DNA of 33,293 nucleotides from Deltaproteobacteria bacterium. Lineage in GTDB: Bacteria; Myxococcota; JACRCW01. The stretch spans positions 1 through 33,293 of the forward strand of contig JACRCW010000088.1 in NCBI GenBank assembly GCA_016218805.1. Direction: 5' to 3'. This document shows positions 1-9,257 of the stretch, piece by piece. The position numbers and the translations under genes were made by a program. The notes under the pieces were generated by a model. It did no database searches and was not told the DNA's origin. It saw only the letters and a list, made by a program, of their open reading frames with translations. Every line of letters starts with the position of its first letter. Position 1 is the stretch's first letter.

Positions 1-406
1 ACGCTGCGGAGGTGGGGCGGGCGTGTGGAACGCAGGCGTTCGCGTGAACCGGGCAATGCGTTGTTGGGCGGCGGCTTGTTTCAGGCCCGGAAGCGGTGCT
101 GGGTCGGCCGGGCGCGAGGACCCTTCCGCGGCGTCGCAGGAAACGGACGCGGAGCGACTTCGCCCACGCTGCGGAGGTGGGGCGGGCGTGTGGAACGCAG
201 GCGTGCGCGTGAACCGGGTAATGCGTTGTAGGGCGGGGGCTTGTCCCCCGCCCGGATGAGTTGCTGGGTCGGCCGTGCGCGAGGACCCTTCCGCGGCGTC
301 GCTGGAAACGGACGCGGAGCGACCTCGCCCACGCTGCGGAGGTGGGGCGGGTTTGTAGAACGCAGGCGTTCGCGTGAACCGGGCGGGGGACGAGCCCCCG
401 CCCTAC
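1..406. repeat. 165-bp tandem repeat (about 2.3 copies, truncated by window start) carrying GTAG-type REP palindromes
   Basis: ACGCTGCGGAGGTGGGGCGG recurs at 1, 166 and 331. REP GTAGGGCGGGGGCTTGTCCCCCGCCC at 228-253 (+), near-identical inverted copy at 381-406, degenerate copy at ~63-88. Confidence 0.85.
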
Positions 407-432
407 GACGACCGGTCGGGCGGCCCACGCGC

Positions 433-2892
433 TCAATGCTGCAGCTCCTCGATCTTCTTCGAATACACGGGATTCGGACTGAGCGAATACGCCTGTTGCA
501 GGATGAGCACCGCCAGGCGCGCATTCCCACGCGCAGCGGCGAGCCGTGCCGCGGCGAGCGCGGGGCGCGGGTCCTTCGGGTTGGCGCGCGCCGCGTCACG
601 GTAGGCGCGGATGGCGGCATCCGTGTTGCCACTGCTCTCCTCAAGCTGCGCCTCGCCCATCATGACCTCCAGCATTGGCTTGCTTTCCGCCGCCAGCGCG
701 TTCTGCAGGCGTCCCAGCGCCGCGAGCGCTTCTTCCCGCGCGCCACGCGCCAGCGCGTTCTTGAACGCCGCGCGCTGGATGTCCGCATCACCGCTGCGCT
801 CTGACGCCCGGCGCAGCAGCGGCGCAGCCTGGTCCGCCTTCCCGTTGGCCTCCAGCGCCGCAGCAAGCACGTACATGCTGCGCGGGTCCTCCGGGGCCAG
901 TTCCAGCGCACGCTGCGCAAGGGACTCCGCCTCCCAGGGATCATCCAACAGGTGGAGCGTGAGGTCCGCCAGCAAGCGTTGCAGAGCGGGGTCCGCCGGG
1001 TTGTCCCGCCGCACCTGCGCCACGCAGCGCGTGGCCATGCCTGCCTCCTGGCCGCGCCACAACTCCTGGCACACCCACGTGTTCTCCCTGCCGAACACAG
1101 CCCGCAGCTGCTCCACGGACGCCCCCCGCCGCCGCAGTTCACCGAGGATGCGCGCGCGTGGGGCTTCGTGCGCGCGTGCGGCGTGGCCGTACTCAATGAG
1201 CGCCTGGTCGGTACGGTCCAAGTCCCACAGCGCCGCAGCCGCGTCGAGGTGTCCTTCAACGTAGTGCGGGCGCAGGAACATGGCGCGGTTGATCCACGCA
1301 AGGCGGCGGGCCCCGTCCTCCGGTTGGGTCGCGTGGAGAATGCGCGCCAGCGCCAACGCGGCCACGTAGTCGGTCCTGTGGCCTCGGAGATGTTCCTCCA
1401 GCGCAGCCACACGTTCGGGAAGGGGCCGGGCCAGGGCGCGGGCGCGGGATGGCTCGGTGGCCGCGCGCACGGACGCCAGCGCGGGCAGCGAGACAACCAG
1501 CGCAACCGCCACGCCACCGACCATGGCGGCGGTGGAACTGGTGTGCGAGCGCTGCCGCGGCCGGCGCTGCGGGAGGGTGGCACCGGCGGCGGCCACCAAC
1601 GCCAGGAACGGCAACGCAATTCCCAGCAATTCCAGATTGAAGTCAATCTGGTTATGCAGAAATGTGGCCAGCACCGCGACGAGGCATACCCGTTCCAGGA
1701 GGCCGTGGTTCCGCCGCAATTGCCGCAGCACGGGGTAGGCAAAAGCGGCCATATAGAGCAGCGCGAACGGCAGGCCCCACTCCACGGCGAGCAGCACTTC
1801 AATGTTCTCCGGCCCGACGACGGTGAGATTGACGTCAACGGTCATGTGCCGCGGGAACACCTGCGAGAATGCGCCGCGTCCCATGCCGGTCAGCCAGTAG
1901 AACTCCAGCGGGCGGACCGACTGCGCCATCAGCGCGACCTTTCCGCCCAATGCGTGATGCATGGCCGCGGCGAGGCGCGTGAAATCCAGCGCGGCCACCA
2001 CCGCCGCGATGCCCGCGGCGGCCACGAGCGCGGCGAACGGCGAGAGCGGGATGGCGCGCGGGTTGTCCTGGCGGCGACGCAGGTTCCACGCCATCACCGC
2101 GGGCCACGACACCAGCGCGATCCCGACCAGCCCGGCGACCAGCGCAACGTTTCCGCCGTGGGACTGGTTCTTGGGGATGCGCACCGCACAGGCAAGGGCC
2201 ACGGCGAGCCAGGCCGCGCGCACGCGCAGCGTCCGCGCGTGCAGGACCAGCGCGACCGACACGAGGATCCCCAGGTTCATGAACGCGACCGCGTGGTTGG
2301 GGTTCACGAACGGCGCGACATAGGGCGGCCAGTACGGCGTGGTGACGACGTCCAGCAGGCGCTTCCAACCGAACACGTACTGCGCGACGCCGGCGAGCAC
2401 GCCGACCGCGGCGGACAGTCCGACGAGCGAGACCAGCCACGGCCGGTTGCGTTCCTGCCGCGCGAGGTCGTTGCATACGGTGAGGAACGCGGCGCACGTG
2501 AGCAACTGCCCCGCGGCCACCAGCGTGGACAGCGGCTCCACGCTGATGGCGCCCCAGGCGGCGGTGCCATCCCACGTCATGAACTCGTGGAGTTCGGCGG
2601 CCTGCGGAGAGAGCAGGCGCAGGAGCCCCATGGGCAGGGGGACCGCCTGCAGAATGGACCACAGCGCACCCGCGGCGAGCACCCACGGCAACTGCCCCGG
2701 CACGACGCGGCGGCCCTGCCGGCGGCGCGCGTACCCGTGCACGGCGAGGGTGATTCCGACCAGGACGGCGCAGGCGGCTTGCGCTGGCGGGTGCACGCTG
2801 CCGACCGCGAGTGGCGCGCCGATGATGACCGTAGCGAGCAGCGCCCAGGTGGCGCGTGCGGGTGCGGTGAGAGTCGACGGGGGCGGTGGCAT
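433..2892 (-). CDS. O-antigen ligase-like (Wzy_C) polytopic membrane protein with C-terminal TPR repeats
   Basis: Many TM segments with FVNPNH, TGMGRGAF..ENxxxxxxxEWG and HNQIDFNL motifs, then TPR-like helices (ALELAPEDP, AYRDAARANPKDP). ATG 2892 chosen as start; ORF is open to 3003. Confidence 0.8.
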   Translation of the reverse strand: MPPPPSTLTAPARATWALLATVIIGAPLAVGSVHPPAQAACAVLVGITLAVHGYARRRQGRRVVPGQLPWVLAAGALWSILQAVPLPMGLLRLLSPQAAELHEFMTWDGTAAWGAISVEPLSTLVAAGQLLTCAAFLTVCNDLARQERNRPWLVSLVGLSAAVGVLAGVAQYVFGWKRLLDVVTTPYWPPYVAPFVNPNHAVAFMNLGILVSVALVLHARTLRVRAAWLAVALACAVRIPKNQSHGGNVALVAGLVGIALVSWPAVMAWNLRRRQDNPRAIPLSPFAALVAAAGIAAVVAALDFTRLAAAMHHALGGKVALMAQSVRPLEFYWLTGMGRGAFSQVFPRHMTVDVNLTVVGPENIEVLLAVEWGLPFALLYMAAFAYPVLRQLRRNHGLLERVCLVAVLATFLHNQIDFNLELLGIALPFLALVAAAGATLPQRRPRQRSHTSSTAAMVGGVAVALVVSLPALASVRAATEPSRARALARPLPERVAALEEHLRGHRTDYVAALALARILHATQPEDGARRLAWINRAMFLRPHYVEGHLDAAAALWDLDRTDQALIEYGHAARAHEAPRARILGELRRRGASVEQLRAVFGRENTWVCQELWRGQEAGMATRCVAQVRRDNPADPALQRLLADLTLHLLDDPWEAESLAQRALELAPEDPRSMYVLAAALEANGKADQAAPLLRRASERSGDADIQRAAFKNALARGAREEALAALGRLQNALAAESKPMLEVMMGEAQLEESSGNTDAAIRAYRDAARANPKDPRPALAAARLAAARGNARLAVLILQQAYSLSPNPVYSKKIEELQH

Positions 2893-3131
2893 CGGGCGTC
2901 GGGGTTGCACTCGCTTTTGGGGGCCGCCAAGGACAGGCCGTGGTGCACTGCGTGACCGGCGATGGTGGGACTGTTCTGTAGCAGGCCCACGACGGCCGAC
3001 CAACGCGGAACGGCTGGCCGGGGCACGCGCTTTGTCTCACCCGCGCGGTCGCAGTTCACTGACGCCCGCGGCGAGTGCAGGCCTCACCGCTACGACGTCG
3101 ACCGCTTCCGGACGGTGAGTGGCGTGCCGCG

Positions 3132-4241
3132 TCAACCCGCGCGCACGGCGCGCCGCAACTGGTCCACCACGTACTGCTGTTGCGCTTCCGTGATGTCCGG
3201 GAACATCGGGAGCGACAGGATCTCGCTTGCGGCCTGCTCGGCAACGGGGAACGCGCCGCGCTTGTGGCCCAGGTGCGCAAACGCGCCCTGCAGATGGATG
3301 GGCACCGGATAGTGGATCCCTGCCCCCACTCCGGCCTCCTTCAGCGCCGCCAGCACCTCATCCCGGCGCGGCACGCGCACCACATACAGGTGCCACACGT
3401 GCTCATTGCCGGGGAGCGTTTCCGGCCTCTGCACCATCGTGAGCGGCGCAAGCAGCGCATCGTACCGGGCTGCGGCCGCGCGGCGCGCCGCGTTCCACGC
3501 ATCCAGCCGCTTGAGCTTGGCGGACAGCACCACCGCCTGCAGCGTATCCAAACGCGAATTAAAGCCGATTTCCGGGTGGTGGTATTTCACGGGACTGCCG
3601 TAGTTGCGCAGCGCGACGAGCTTCCCCGCGACGTCGTCTGAATCCGTGAGCACCGCACCGGCATCCCCGTACGCACCCAGGTTCTTGCCCGGGTAGAAGC
3701 TGGTGCCGGTGGCGATCCCCCATCCGCCCGCGCGCTTCCCCCGGAACGCCGCGCCCTGGGACTGCGCGGCATCCTCCACGAGGTGAAGGCCCTTCTCCCG
3801 CGCCAGCGCCACCAGTGGCTCAACGGGGGCGAGCTGCCCGAACAGGTGCACCGGCATGAGCGCGCGCGTCCGAGGCGTCAGGTGCGCGCGCACCTGCTCA
3901 ACGTCAATCAAATGGTAGCGCGGGTCGCAGTCCACCAGCACCACGCGGGCGCCGGCGCGCTCCACCGCCAGCGCAGAGGCGACGAACGTGTTGGCGGGGA
4001 CAATCACCTCGTCCTCGCCGCGCACACCGAGGGCGCGCAACGCCAGTTCCAGCGCGTCCGTGCCGTTGGCCACACCCACGCAGTGGCGGACGCCGGAGAA
4101 CGCGGCAAACGCCTGTTCAAACGCCGCCACCTGCGGTCCCATGATGAAGGCGGCCTGGGAGAGGACCTCGTCCCAGCCTTCCCGCAGTTCTCCGGCAATC
4201 GCCGCGTGCGACGCCGTCAGGTCCACCAAGGGTATCTTCAC
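3132..4241 (-). CDS. DegT/DnrJ/EryC1/StrS family PLP-dependent sugar aminotransferase
   Basis: IPLVDL N-terminus, VANGTDALELAL, EDAAQSQGA, SFYPGKNLGAYGDAG (PLP Lys), GFNSRLD, LSLPMFP. GTG start with GGAG RBS. Confidence 0.95.
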   Translation of the reverse strand: MKIPLVDLTASHAAIAGELREGWDEVLSQAAFIMGPQVAAFEQAFAAFSGVRHCVGVANGTDALELALRALGVRGEDEVIVPANTFVASALAVERAGARVVLVDCDPRYHLIDVEQVRAHLTPRTRALMPVHLFGQLAPVEPLVALAREKGLHLVEDAAQSQGAAFRGKRAGGWGIATGTSFYPGKNLGAYGDAGAVLTDSDDVAGKLVALRNYGSPVKYHHPEIGFNSRLDTLQAVVLSAKLKRLDAWNAARRAAAARYDALLAPLTMVQRPETLPGNEHVWHLYVVRVPRRDEVLAALKEAGVGAGIHYPVPIHLQGAFAHLGHKRGAFPVAEQAASEILSLPMFPDITEAQQQYVVDQLRRAVRAG

Positions 4242-4315
4242 GCTTGCTCCGTAGGTCCGCCCCGCTGTTCACGCTGTAGGGGTAGAACCCGTGGTTGCCG
4301 CCGCGCAAGGTCACT

Positions 4316-5278
4316 TCACGCGCCGCAGCACTTTTTGTACTTCTTACCTGACCCACATGGACACGGATCATTGCGCCCGACCTTCGGGCCCGACCGGACC
4401 GATGCCTCCGGGAGGGGCACCACGGCCTTCCGCTCCCATTGCCGCTTGAGGAACGTGCCCACCTCTTCCTTCATCCGGCGGTCCCGGCGGCGCATGGCCT
4501 CCAGGCCTCCGATCCGTTTGACGTGAATGTCCACCCACGCACCGACCTTCATGGGGTCCATGCCGTGCACATCCGTGAGGTGGTGGTCTCCGGTGCGAAG
4601 GTCCAGGCGAACGTGCGCCGACCCGCCGCCACCGCGTTCGGCCGCGCACGCCAGGACGGCCTCGGTGCAATCGCACTTGGCGTCCACGCAGTACGCGTCC
4701 GAGACCAGCACCGAGTCGGCCTCAATGAACGTGGGCGGCTCATCGTCAAAGGCCTCATCCCAGTGGACCATGGCACCCGGATCCACCTTGCTCCAATCGG
4801 CGGTCCGGTAGCGGTCGTGCCGGCCCCACCCGCGCCCTTCGCGGAACGCAGAGACCAGCAGGGTGCTGAGCGGACCTCCGCCAAGACAGCGTTTGAAGAA
4901 GGCGTCGGCCGTATCGTCCAGCGGCTGGAGCCCCTCCGGCGTTGCGGGGTCGGCGGCGAACAACCTGCCGGAGCCGACCTCAAGCTTGCACAGCCTTCCC
5001 TGCCGCTGGATCGGCCGGTCGATCGGGCGCCGGGTGACCAGTTCGCCGTCGCGGAAGGCGGCGTCGTCGTCGTGCTCGTCGAGGCGGAACACTTTGAGAT
5101 CCACGTCCATGCACGCGCAGCCCGGGTTGCGGCAGAAGCTGGCCACCGCCGCGAGCCCCAACGTCCGGTCCTCGGCGCCGTCGTAGACGGGGTACGCGGT
5201 AAAGACGTTCCCGGCGCGCTTGACGCGGATGACCTCACCGGTCTCCGGGGCGGGATAGCGGATGGCAACAACGTCCAT
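4316..5278 (-). CDS. SEC-C motif (zinc-binding) domain protein
   Basis: C-terminal [20 protein letters not shown]; two internal Cx4CxC motifs; GGAG upstream of ATG. Confidence 0.85.
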   Translation of the reverse strand: MDVVAIRYPAPETGEVIRVKRAGNVFTAYPVYDGAEDRTLGLAAVASFCRNPGCACMDVDLKVFRLDEHDDDAAFRDGELVTRRPIDRPIQRQGRLCKLEVGSGRLFAADPATPEGLQPLDDTADAFFKRCLGGGPLSTLLVSAFREGRGWGRHDRYRTADWSKVDPGAMVHWDEAFDDEPPTFIEADSVLVSDAYCVDAKCDCTEAVLACAAERGGGGSAHVRLDLRTGDHHLTDVHGMDPMKVGAWVDIHVKRIGGLEAMRRRDRRMKEEVGTFLKRQWERKAVVPLPEASVRSGPKVGRNDPCPCGSGKKYKKCCGA

Positions 5279-5436
5279 GGCGGCTCCTTGATGCGTGCTG
5301 GAGGGGAGGCTGGCATCCGCCCGGACACGCCGGCAACTTCCTCTTCCTCCTCAGCCGCTGCGGATTCCATCCTGAGCCACCCGGCTGGATTGGCGGCAGT
5401 GGCAGATTGAAGGTCCAGCCTCCCCGACGCGCGTCC

Positions 5437-5658
5437 GGCTTGCCGCAGGCAAGCCATCTACGCCGCCCCCCTTGCGGGGGCGGCCCTCGACGCCGGAGCG
5501 CAGCGACGTCGGCGAGGGGGGTGGGGGGTCCGTGAGAGATTCGCTCGTCTGCGCTGTTGGAGGGGACCCCTTTGCCGCTCCCCCCACCCCCCGGCGACTG
5601 ACGTCGCCGGCCGCCCCCCAAAGGGAGGCGGGTAGGCATGCGCGCAGGGCGTGCATGC
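5437..5658. repeat. Nested inverted-repeat element (REP-doublet/MITE-like or structured RNA)
   Basis: CTAC+hairpin at 5458-5485 mirrors hairpin+GTAG at 5609-5635. An inner G-rich tract (~5505-5530) is complementary to a C-rich tract (~5579-5605). Flanking hairpins at 5437-5455 and 5636-5658. Confidence 0.55.
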
Positions 5659-5715
5659 GGGCCCGTGACGACGCTGAAGTGGAAACACGGTGGCCCGCTC
5701 AGGGCGGGATCCGCC

Positions 5716-6543
5716 TCACCGCCCTTTGAGCCGCTCCAACTCTGCTTGCAGCGCGGCCACCTGGCGTTCAGCGTCCTCCGCGCGGCGAGTTTCCTCCTCC
5801 GCGCGGCGAGTTTCCTCCTCCGCGCGGCGAGCTTCCTCCTCCGCGCGGCGAGCTTCCTCGTCGGCGCGAGCGAGAGCACCCGTCAACAGGTCCTCGAGAC
5901 GGCCGATCAACTCCGTGGCGTCGGGCAGAGCGGCCAGCGAATGGAAGAAGCGCAGCCGACTGCCCTCCAGCGCGACGTCAAGCCCGAGCACCTCCGACGT
6001 GTACCGCCCTGCCTGCGGGAGGATGGGCCGGTAGACGTTGCCCTCGGCCGGGAGGCGCTGCCCGCGCAGTGACAGTCGTCGCCGGTCGAACAGGAAGTAC
6101 TCGCGGATGCCGAGGCGCGCGAACCACGCCGCGTTGCGGACGTAGTCCTTGTCCTTGCTGCCGGAGTAGTGAATCTCCATCGCGAAATCGATGCCCTTGC
6201 CCTCGGCGGAGACCGCCCAGCGCTCGCGGACGCGGTCCTCCACGTCGAGAACGGCGATGAGGTCGCACGCGAACATCCTTTCACCGGGGTAGTAGATCGG
6301 GATCTCGTTGGCGACGTAGATGCGGCGGCCGGCGCGCCGGAAGAAGCGGCGGAGCACGTCGCGCGCATCCACCTTGGCGTCAAAGTGCGGTTCTCCTTCC
6401 GGCGGCCCGGCCAGCGGGAAATCGGACGGCAGGCTGTCGACGACGCGGGCGCGCGCCTGGGCATCCATGGCGTCCCACTCCGCTTGGCTGGGCGCGCGGG
6501 GATCGTCGGGGTCCACCTGGAAATCGTGAAAGCGGGAAACCAT
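5716..6543 (-). CDS. Uma2 family (DUF820) PD-(D/E)xK endonuclease-like protein with coiled-coil tail
   Basis: PPEGEPH, FACDLIAV, FAMEIHYSGSKDKD, RLGIREYFLFD, SEVLGLD; C-terminal RRAEEE(A/T) repeats. Confidence 0.88.
   Translation of the reverse strand: MVSRFHDFQVDPDDPRAPSQAEWDAMDAQARARVVDSLPSDFPLAGPPEGEPHFDAKVDARDVLRRFFRRAGRRIYVANEIPIYYPGERMFACDLIAVLDVEDRVRERWAVSAEGKGIDFAMEIHYSGSKDKDYVRNAAWFARLGIREYFLFDRRRLSLRGQRLPAEGNVYRPILPQAGRYTSEVLGLDVALEGSRLRFFHSLAALPDATELIGRLEDLLTGALARADEEARRAEEEARRAEEETRRAEEETRRAEDAERQVAALQAELERLKGR
5774..5857. repeat. 4 x 21-bp tandem repeat encoding the RRAEEE(A/T) coiled coil of the Uma2 protein
   Basis: TCCTCCGCGCGGCGAG(T/C)TTCC units start at 5774, 5795, 5816 and 5837. 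Confidence 0.9.
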
Positions 6544-6691
6544 GGGCCAGGGAGCCTACCAAGGCGTGGCGCGGCGCGGCAGGTCATCCCCATCCGTTTG
6601 CTTCCGGCGGCTGACCCGCAGAGGCGTGCCCGGTACCTCCGTCCGTCGTGACAGTGCTTGCCCGGAGCGCCCGGACGCGGGATAGGGCGCC

Positions 6692-9238
6692 ATGCGCGCC
6701 ATCATGCTGGACCCCGGAAAGCACGACGCTCCCCGCTGCCTGTCGTATTCCGATGAGACTGCCGTCCGCGAATTCGAGCGCGAGATGCGGCTGCATCGCG
6801 CGGTGACCGAGCCCTTCGTCATCCACCCGCCTGGCGATTCGCTGCGAGCGACCTGGCGCGTGCAGGCGGCGCGTGGCGCGCTGTACGACGTGGACCTGGT
6901 GGACGGCAGCGCTGGCTCCGACACGTGCACCTGCCCGGACTTCCTCGGCGGCCTGCTGGGGACGTGCAAGCACATCCACGCGGTGCTGCGCTGTATCGCC
7001 ACGCGGCCGCGCCTGTCCTCCGCATGGAAGCGCGATCGCGCGGAGCGTTCCCCGCCCGTGCTGGGCGTGCGCACCGATGGAGGTCTCTCGCTGGTCGCGC
7101 TTGGGCGGTGGCCTGCGCGGGCCATGCGCGCGCTTGGCCGTGACGCTGACGTCGAAGTCGCGCTGGAACAGGCCATCGCGCGTGACACGCTCGATCTTGC
7201 GGCGCTGGCCGTTGCGGGCGTGCGCGTCCTGGCCGCGGTGCGTCCCGCGTGGGAGCGCCTGCGTGCGCGTGCCGGCCACGGCGCCCGGCGGACCGGTCTT
7301 GTCGACGACGCGCGCTCCGGGCGGCTTGGACTGGATGTCCTCAACGTGCCGCTGTTCCCCTACCAGCGCAACGGCGTGATTCACCTGGCGTCGCAGGGCC
7401 GCGCGCTCCTCGCCGACGACATGGGCCTGGGGAAGACCGTACAGGCCATCGCCGCCTGCCAGCTGCTCCGTTCGCGCGGTGAAGCGCGCAGCGTCGTGGT
7501 GGTCACGCCGGCCTCGCTCAAGGACCAGTGGGCCCGGGAGATCTCCCGCCTCGCCGGCGAGCGCGCCGTCGTCGTCACCGGCAACCCGCGCGCGCGCGGG
7601 GACTTCCTCCGCTCGGACGCGGCCTACAAGGTGCTCAACTACGAGCAGACGTGGCACGAGCTCACGCTGCTGCAGTCCCTGCACCCGGACGTGCTTGTGC
7701 TGGACGAGGCGCAGCGCGCGAAGAACTTCCGCACCAAGACCAGCGCAACGCTGCGGTCCATTCCCAGCCGGTTCCTGTTCATGTTGACCGGTACACCGGT
7801 GGAGAACCGGCTGGATGATCTGTACGCGCTCATGCAGCTGGTTGATCCGGAAGTGTTCGGTCCGCTGTGGTGGTTCAACTTCAACTTCCACCGCCAGGAC
7901 GACAGCAAGCGCGGCCGCATCCAGGGCTACCGCAACCTGGGCCGCCTGCGGGAGACGGTGACGCCGTTTGTGCTCCGGCGCCGCAAGGAGGAAGTCCTGC
8001 AGCAGCTCCCGCCGCTGTCGCAGCAGACGCGCTACATCCCGTTGCTCGCCGAACAGGCGGAGCAGGAACTCGCCTATCGCACCAACGCGGCCAAGCTCGC
8101 GAAGATCGCCGAGCGGCGACCGTTGACCGACAGCGAACAGAAGCGCCTGATGGCGGCGCTGCTCAAGGCGCGCCAGGCGTGTGACGCGCTGGAGTTGCTG
8201 GACGAGAAGCGGCACGGGAGCCCCAAGCTCGACGAGCTGGAGGAGTTGCTGGAGGAGATCACCGCGTCCGGCGCGCACAAGGTGTTGGTGTTCTCCGAGT
8301 GGGTGAAGATGCTGGAGCTCGCCGCGTCGCGCCTCGCCGCAAAGGGCATTGGGCACCGCATGCTTCACGGCGGTGTGCCGCAGCAGCACCGGGCCGCATT
8401 GCTGGACTCGTTCCGCTCGGACCCCGCCATTCCCGTGCTGTTGTCGTCGGACGCCGGCGGCGTGGGTCTGAACCTCCAGGAGGCGACCTACGTCATCAAC
8501 CTGGACATTCCGTGGAACCCCGGGAAGCTGGACCAGCGCACCGGGCGCGCGCACCGGCTGGGCCAGACGCGCGGCGTGACGGTGATCCACCTGTGTTCGG
8601 AGGCGGGCATAGAGCGCGGCATTGACCAGTTGCTCGGTGGAAAGCGTGACCTGCGTTCTGCCGCGCTGGACGCCGACTCGACGGCGGAGCAGTTGGACGC
8701 GGGCAGTTTTGCGCTGTTCCTCAAGGAGCTTCAGAAGCTGCTGACAGTGAGCGAGTTGCCCGTCGTGACGCCGCCCACCGACGTGGCGGCCGTTGTTGTT
8801 GACGTGCCGGCGGTGGCGGCCGGTCCGGGCCAACCGCTGCAGCTCACCTCGCCGCCCGCGCCGTCCGCCGAGCCGCGTGCCGACGGTACTTCGCTGCCTG
8901 GCCGCGCCCGCGAACGGCTGCGGCTTGCGCGTGTGGTGCTTGATGCGGGGTTTCCCGCGGATTCCGTGCGCGCCGCGTACGAAGCATTGGCGACGGGAAT
9001 CCGCGCGCTGCTGCCGGCGCCCGCGGGCGCGGACCACGCCGGTCTCGTCGCGGCGATCTACACGGACCTCATGCCGGCGGGAAAGCTGGCGCCGCCCGCG
9101 CACGCCGCGCTGGCGCGCCTGCATGACCTCACGCTGCTCGACGCGCACGGCGTCGCCGTGGACGCGGCGCTCGCACGCGCGTCCGTCACCGAGGCGGAGG
9201 AATGGCTGGGCCGCCTGGAGTCCGCCGCGGTGTCCTGA
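6692..9238 (+). CDS. SWIM zinc finger + SNF2-family (DEAD/H) helicase/ATPase with C-terminal HEPN-like domain
   Basis: SWIM CTCPD..CKH; LADDMGLGKT, LDEAQRAKN, LTGTPVENRL, LRRRKEEV, KVLVFS, AGGVGLNLQ, PWNP..QRTGRAHRLGQ; helical HEPN-like tail. Confidence 0.92.
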   Translation: MRAIMLDPGKHDAPRCLSYSDETAVREFEREMRLHRAVTEPFVIHPPGDSLRATWRVQAARGALYDVDLVDGSAGSDTCTCPDFLGGLLGTCKHIHAVLRCIATRPRLSSAWKRDRAERSPPVLGVRTDGGLSLVALGRWPARAMRALGRDADVEVALEQAIARDTLDLAALAVAGVRVLAAVRPAWERLRARAGHGARRTGLVDDARSGRLGLDVLNVPLFPYQRNGVIHLASQGRALLADDMGLGKTVQAIAACQLLRSRGEARSVVVVTPASLKDQWAREISRLAGERAVVVTGNPRARGDFLRSDAAYKVLNYEQTWHELTLLQSLHPDVLVLDEAQRAKNFRTKTSATLRSIPSRFLFMLTGTPVENRLDDLYALMQLVDPEVFGPLWWFNFNFHRQDDSKRGRIQGYRNLGRLRETVTPFVLRRRKEEVLQQLPPLSQQTRYIPLLAEQAEQELAYRTNAAKLAKIAERRPLTDSEQKRLMAALLKARQACDALELLDEKRHGSPKLDELEELLEEITASGAHKVLVFSEWVKMLELAASRLAAKGIGHRMLHGGVPQQHRAALLDSFRSDPAIPVLLSSDAGGVGLNLQEATYVINLDIPWNPGKLDQRTGRAHRLGQTRGVTVIHLCSEAGIERGIDQLLGGKRDLRSAALDADSTAEQLDAGSFALFLKELQKLLTVSELPVVTPPTDVAAVVVDVPAVAAGPGQPLQLTSPPAPSAEPRADGTSLPGRARERLRLARVVLDAGFPADSVRAAYEALATGIRALLPAPAGADHAGLVAAIYTDLMPAGKLAPPAHAALARLHDLTLLDAHGVAVDAALARASVTEAEEWLGRLESAAVS

Positions 9239-9257
9239 GTGGCGTGATTTGACGTTT

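Noticed and set aside
1..406. CRISPR array or coding ORFs (e.g. 81..644, 241..804) in the repeat
   Set aside because: Whole 165-bp units repeat with no unique spacers, and there are no cas genes. The ORFs are Arg/Pro-rich translations of the repeat.
3021..3037. Sigma-54-like GGCACG-N4-TTGT
   Set aside because: The -12 element is not GC, and the site points into the 3' end of an oppositely oriented gene.
5774..5857. 21-bp repeat as a novel VNTR system
   Set aside because: In-frame coiled-coil tail repeats are common in Uma2-family proteins.
6584..9148. 854-aa minus-strand ORF (likewise 952..2955, 8793..11051, 21571..23604, 23588..25642)
   Set aside because: Antisense or off-frame shadows of well-supported genes.
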